In this document: positions 60,937-64,000 of the stretch, piece after piece
How positions within the stretch are numbered: position 1 is the stretch's first letter
Layout: each line of letters opens with the position of its first letter
From: Balanoglossus misakiensis
Lineage: Eukaryota > Animalia > Hemichordata
Reading direction: 5' to 3'
Length of the DNA: 64,000 bases
Assembly: GCA_040954595.2 (NCBI GenBank)
Contig: CM082597.2
Coordinates: 6,349,849-6,413,848 of the forward strand
Made by a program: the position numbers and the translations under genes
The notes under the pieces: model-generated
What the model was told of the DNA's origin: nothing
Databases searched by the model: none
Seen by the model: the letters and a program-made list of their open reading frames with translations, nothing else

Positions 60937-63900
60937 ATATAATGTTCGTCATTATGGGGAACTGAATTATATTAAAATTAAAATGTTTTTTTTTGTCGAG
61001 TTTCCAGCTGAGCCTTTTAAAACTTAGAATTAAGACCACTTATGCTAGTAAAACCACCAGAAACAGAATTAACTCAGAATTTGTTTTCCGCGCTGTCGTT
61101 AAATTAAATCATAGTTTCTGGGTAAATTATTAATTGAATAATCAACTGAGGTGCAGTTTAATAAATGTCAAACAGTTTAACAAAAGATTAATTCGCAAAT
61201 TAGTCTCTGGTAAGGTTACAAGGTGACTCCTGCCAGACTGAGTGATTAATTGCTACAATTTTATTTATTTTGTTGTAAAATGAGAGTGTCAGGCTTAACG
61301 ATATGATGAAAGCAAACAACATACATTGTACTCTTTTGTAGTGATTGAGTAGAAGTGTCAGATAATCGCCTGTACCCCTTCAATGCAGCAGTTAATGTAA
61401 TCCCCGAGGGAGCCTACCTCAACATATGCAGGGAATTAGACGTTCTTTGCCGATGAACTATTAGTCTGAGGAGATGGGGCAATTGCTTCATTTGGATCCC
61501 CTAGTCACCTTTAGAATCAAGAACATAATTTGTAAATATCTCACTCGTTGAGGTTGACCGGTTATGATTGGGAGGATGATGTGGACGATCAGAACATCTG
61601 ACATCTACCTGCTGTTCGAATGAAAGTGCATAGTGATTGTCACTCTATATGTTCGTGTGACCAGAAAATTGTTGGATTTGTGTAGTCAGTATTCCCACAT
61701 GGTGAAGCTTAGTCTTGATACTGTGATATGGATCTTTTTACCTGAGATACATGCATTTCCTGCCATTCCTTTCAATACAGTTTGAGTTTGTTCTTGCCCA
61801 AACGACTATTTCAGAATGTACATTGTAGTCTGTAGCTCGAATACTTGTCAGTGGATGGCAGCAAGTCGGCTACTTGCCTATTGGGTTGGCCCATACTTTA
61901 TTCACGAAGTGCTTTTCGGTGACCGATCTGACCTACTGTATACATACCTGCGTTTTCTATCAGAAAGTGATCATGAATTATTAGAAGAAGCCAGTAATTC
62001 TTTACTATCAATCACGTGATTTGGCCATGTGACACACGGCGTTGTCATTTCCAGATGACGGGCAAGCAATATTTCGCCATCCAGTAAAAGTTTTTCCGAG
62101 TATGTTTTTACTCTAGAACTGCCAGACACGTATGGTAAGGTGCCTTATCAGCCTCATGGAGTTTCGTCTGCACAGTCTTTGGCTGCACCACTTTGTTGAA
62201 GTTGCCCGTCATCTGGAAATTTGAATGCGAACGTAACTGCCGCCTGAGCGCGTCTGACGTCATTTGATATCGAAGAATAACTATCAGGTAGTACATGAAG
62301 ACAAACTTATCAATTTCCTTGATAGTCATCACTGTAGAATGATACCGAAGTCTGACAACATTTGACAGATAATCATGGAAATCACGCACAAAGAGCCTAT
62401 GCGAGAGCCGGTGTTTACATCTGATTCATGCAGACCCATCCTCCAAACTATTGCCAATGAAATGGATGCCATGTCTTTCACAACACACAATAAATCCCCT
62501 AAGCTACGGTACATAGTAAAACATTTGAACATTACGAAAGTTTATTCATATAAATATTAATATCTATTTTACTACTTTTTATTATAAATCTTGCACTAAA
62601 TTACATCCTCGTTTAAATCCTTTCCAGTGACATGGGCCACATCTGGTAAGAAGGAATACAGTCAGACTGCCTTAAGGTTTGGTCTTGGACAAAAAGCTGC
62701 TTGCTTCCAAGATCCTGCTGAACTGGAGAAGACGCTGACATGTTTCTTTTTTTCGCTTGCTTGGATAACACAATGGACGCAAAGTACAGTAAGCATGCAG
62801 TGTACAGGAATTTGAGGAAACAGTTTGGTATGCATACCAACTTTTTGAGACCGACTGTCGAGCCTTTTATTTTATCAACAGTTGATTTTAGCATTGATTC
62901 ATTGTATTTATGTTAGATAGCAAGATCTGCCAATAACGCATGTCTTCTGCTGTACCTCCGTGTTGGCATCTGGTACATCCAAAAGCATTAAATTAAAGAC
63001 AGTCCACCTGAACATACTCATGATCTGGCAGCTAGCTAGAGACACTTGTAGTTTGAAGCTTGCAAGTTTAGAAAATGGCGGCAAAATGACTTTGGCCAAT
63101 TACTACCTTTGTTTCACATCATCTGATATCAATTAAGGTCAACCAAAGTTGGAGATCATAAAAAGGTTAATTCTTGTGTCCCTGCATGGATTTGTACCTT
63201 TGAGAATTATTCTTGCATCATTTCTGCATAGAGAAAAGCTTTGCATCTTTGCGGCTACTTTGCGGCAAGCTCTTGTGTCCTTATTGCAAGGATTACCACC
63301 TCTACTGTGGAGCCCCATTTAGTTGCGACCTGCCGCATTGCCACTGCTGCAGAGACACTCTCTGCGAGAACACCACAGCGTGTCTGCAAGAGCACCAGAA
63401 TGCCTTCACAGCAGAACTGCTGCAGAGCTGCTGCAGGCTGCTGCTTTGTTGGCATCTTGAACTATTTTTGAGAACGCGCGGCACGACAGTTTGCTGCGCG
63501 TGCGAGCGACATACGGGGCATAGGACGCTAGTGGAGAGGGGTGTTGTAAAATTCGGTTATTAGAAGCTGTAATAACGTTTTCAAAGCTGGCGGTTTTGCC
63601 ATGTTGAATGTATCATTTTTACTTCTTTGAAATTCTCAATGCAAAAAAATTGTTAGCATGATATTTTGAAAGAGAACGTAGACAATTTTATTTAGAATGC
63701 GGATGTGCCCATCGTAATGAAAGCTGCCAACCCCCTTAAAATGATACTACGGCCCACACGTCATACGTCGCAACATGGCTACTGCCGTGATCCAAGGGCG
63801 CCCGGTTCAAATTTGAAATTGTTTTTCTCGGCGCATTTTCGCAAATCGTACTGTTTTATAGGTAGGCATGTATGATAAAGGGGTTATTACACGAATTTTG

Positions 63901-64000
63901 GTCGATAATGCAACGCATTCTCGTAAGTCGTTATCGATATAATGTTCGTCATTATGGGGAACTGAATTATATTAAAATTAAAATGTTTTTTTTTTTTTGC
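60937..64000 (-). mobile_element. Decayed Crypton-type (tyrosine recombinase, DUF3504-like) transposon, 3.0-kb unit bounded by direct repeats
   Basis: Frameshifted minus-strand remnants ~61590-61810 (LGKNKL..LKGMAGNACISGKK..., QIQQFSGHTNI*SDNHYALSFEQQ..SDVL) and ~62290-62330 (IKEIDKF); a ~57-bp direct repeat atataatgttcgtcattatggggaactgaattatattaaaattaaaatg at 60937 and 63937. Confidence 0.75.

Overview
AT-rich, intron-rich animal genomic DNA, not prokaryotic. The gene and transposon content suggests an invertebrate deuterostome such as a hemichordate (inference). Splicing by eye at GT-AG sites with reading-phase checks gives a cluster of lectin and extracellular-sensor genes: (C) a minus-strand secreted protein running off, or truncated near, the left edge; (A) 6796-14324(+), signal peptide + 2 C-type lectin domains + PKD1-like GAIN/GPS; a single-coding-exon class A GPCR; (D1/D2) a recent ~7-8 kb tandem duplication of a 2xCTLD + S/T-rich stalk + TM receptor; (E) 45152-37810(-), a coiled-coil/EGF/F-type lectin/C-type lectin chimera; (B) 60266-49250(-), signal peptide + PAN/Apple + HYR + GAIN/GPS. 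The standout observation is that both GAIN genes (A and B) share the same GAIN exon/phase structure and keep an intact HL|T autoproteolysis site, yet stop 18 and 8 codons after it with no transmembrane segment. They look like a family of secreted GAIN proteins with interchangeable N-terminal modules and a short C-terminal Stachel-like peptide. Introns and intergenic DNA hold a decayed Crypton (tyrosine recombinase) element with hairpin-bearing putative non-autonomous relatives, a Kolobok-type transposase remnant with many TTAA MITEs, a Penelope fragment with a nested LINE, Harbinger- and Tc1/mariner-type MITEs, a 91-bp satellite and several microsatellites. Gene models are manual and have no transcript support.
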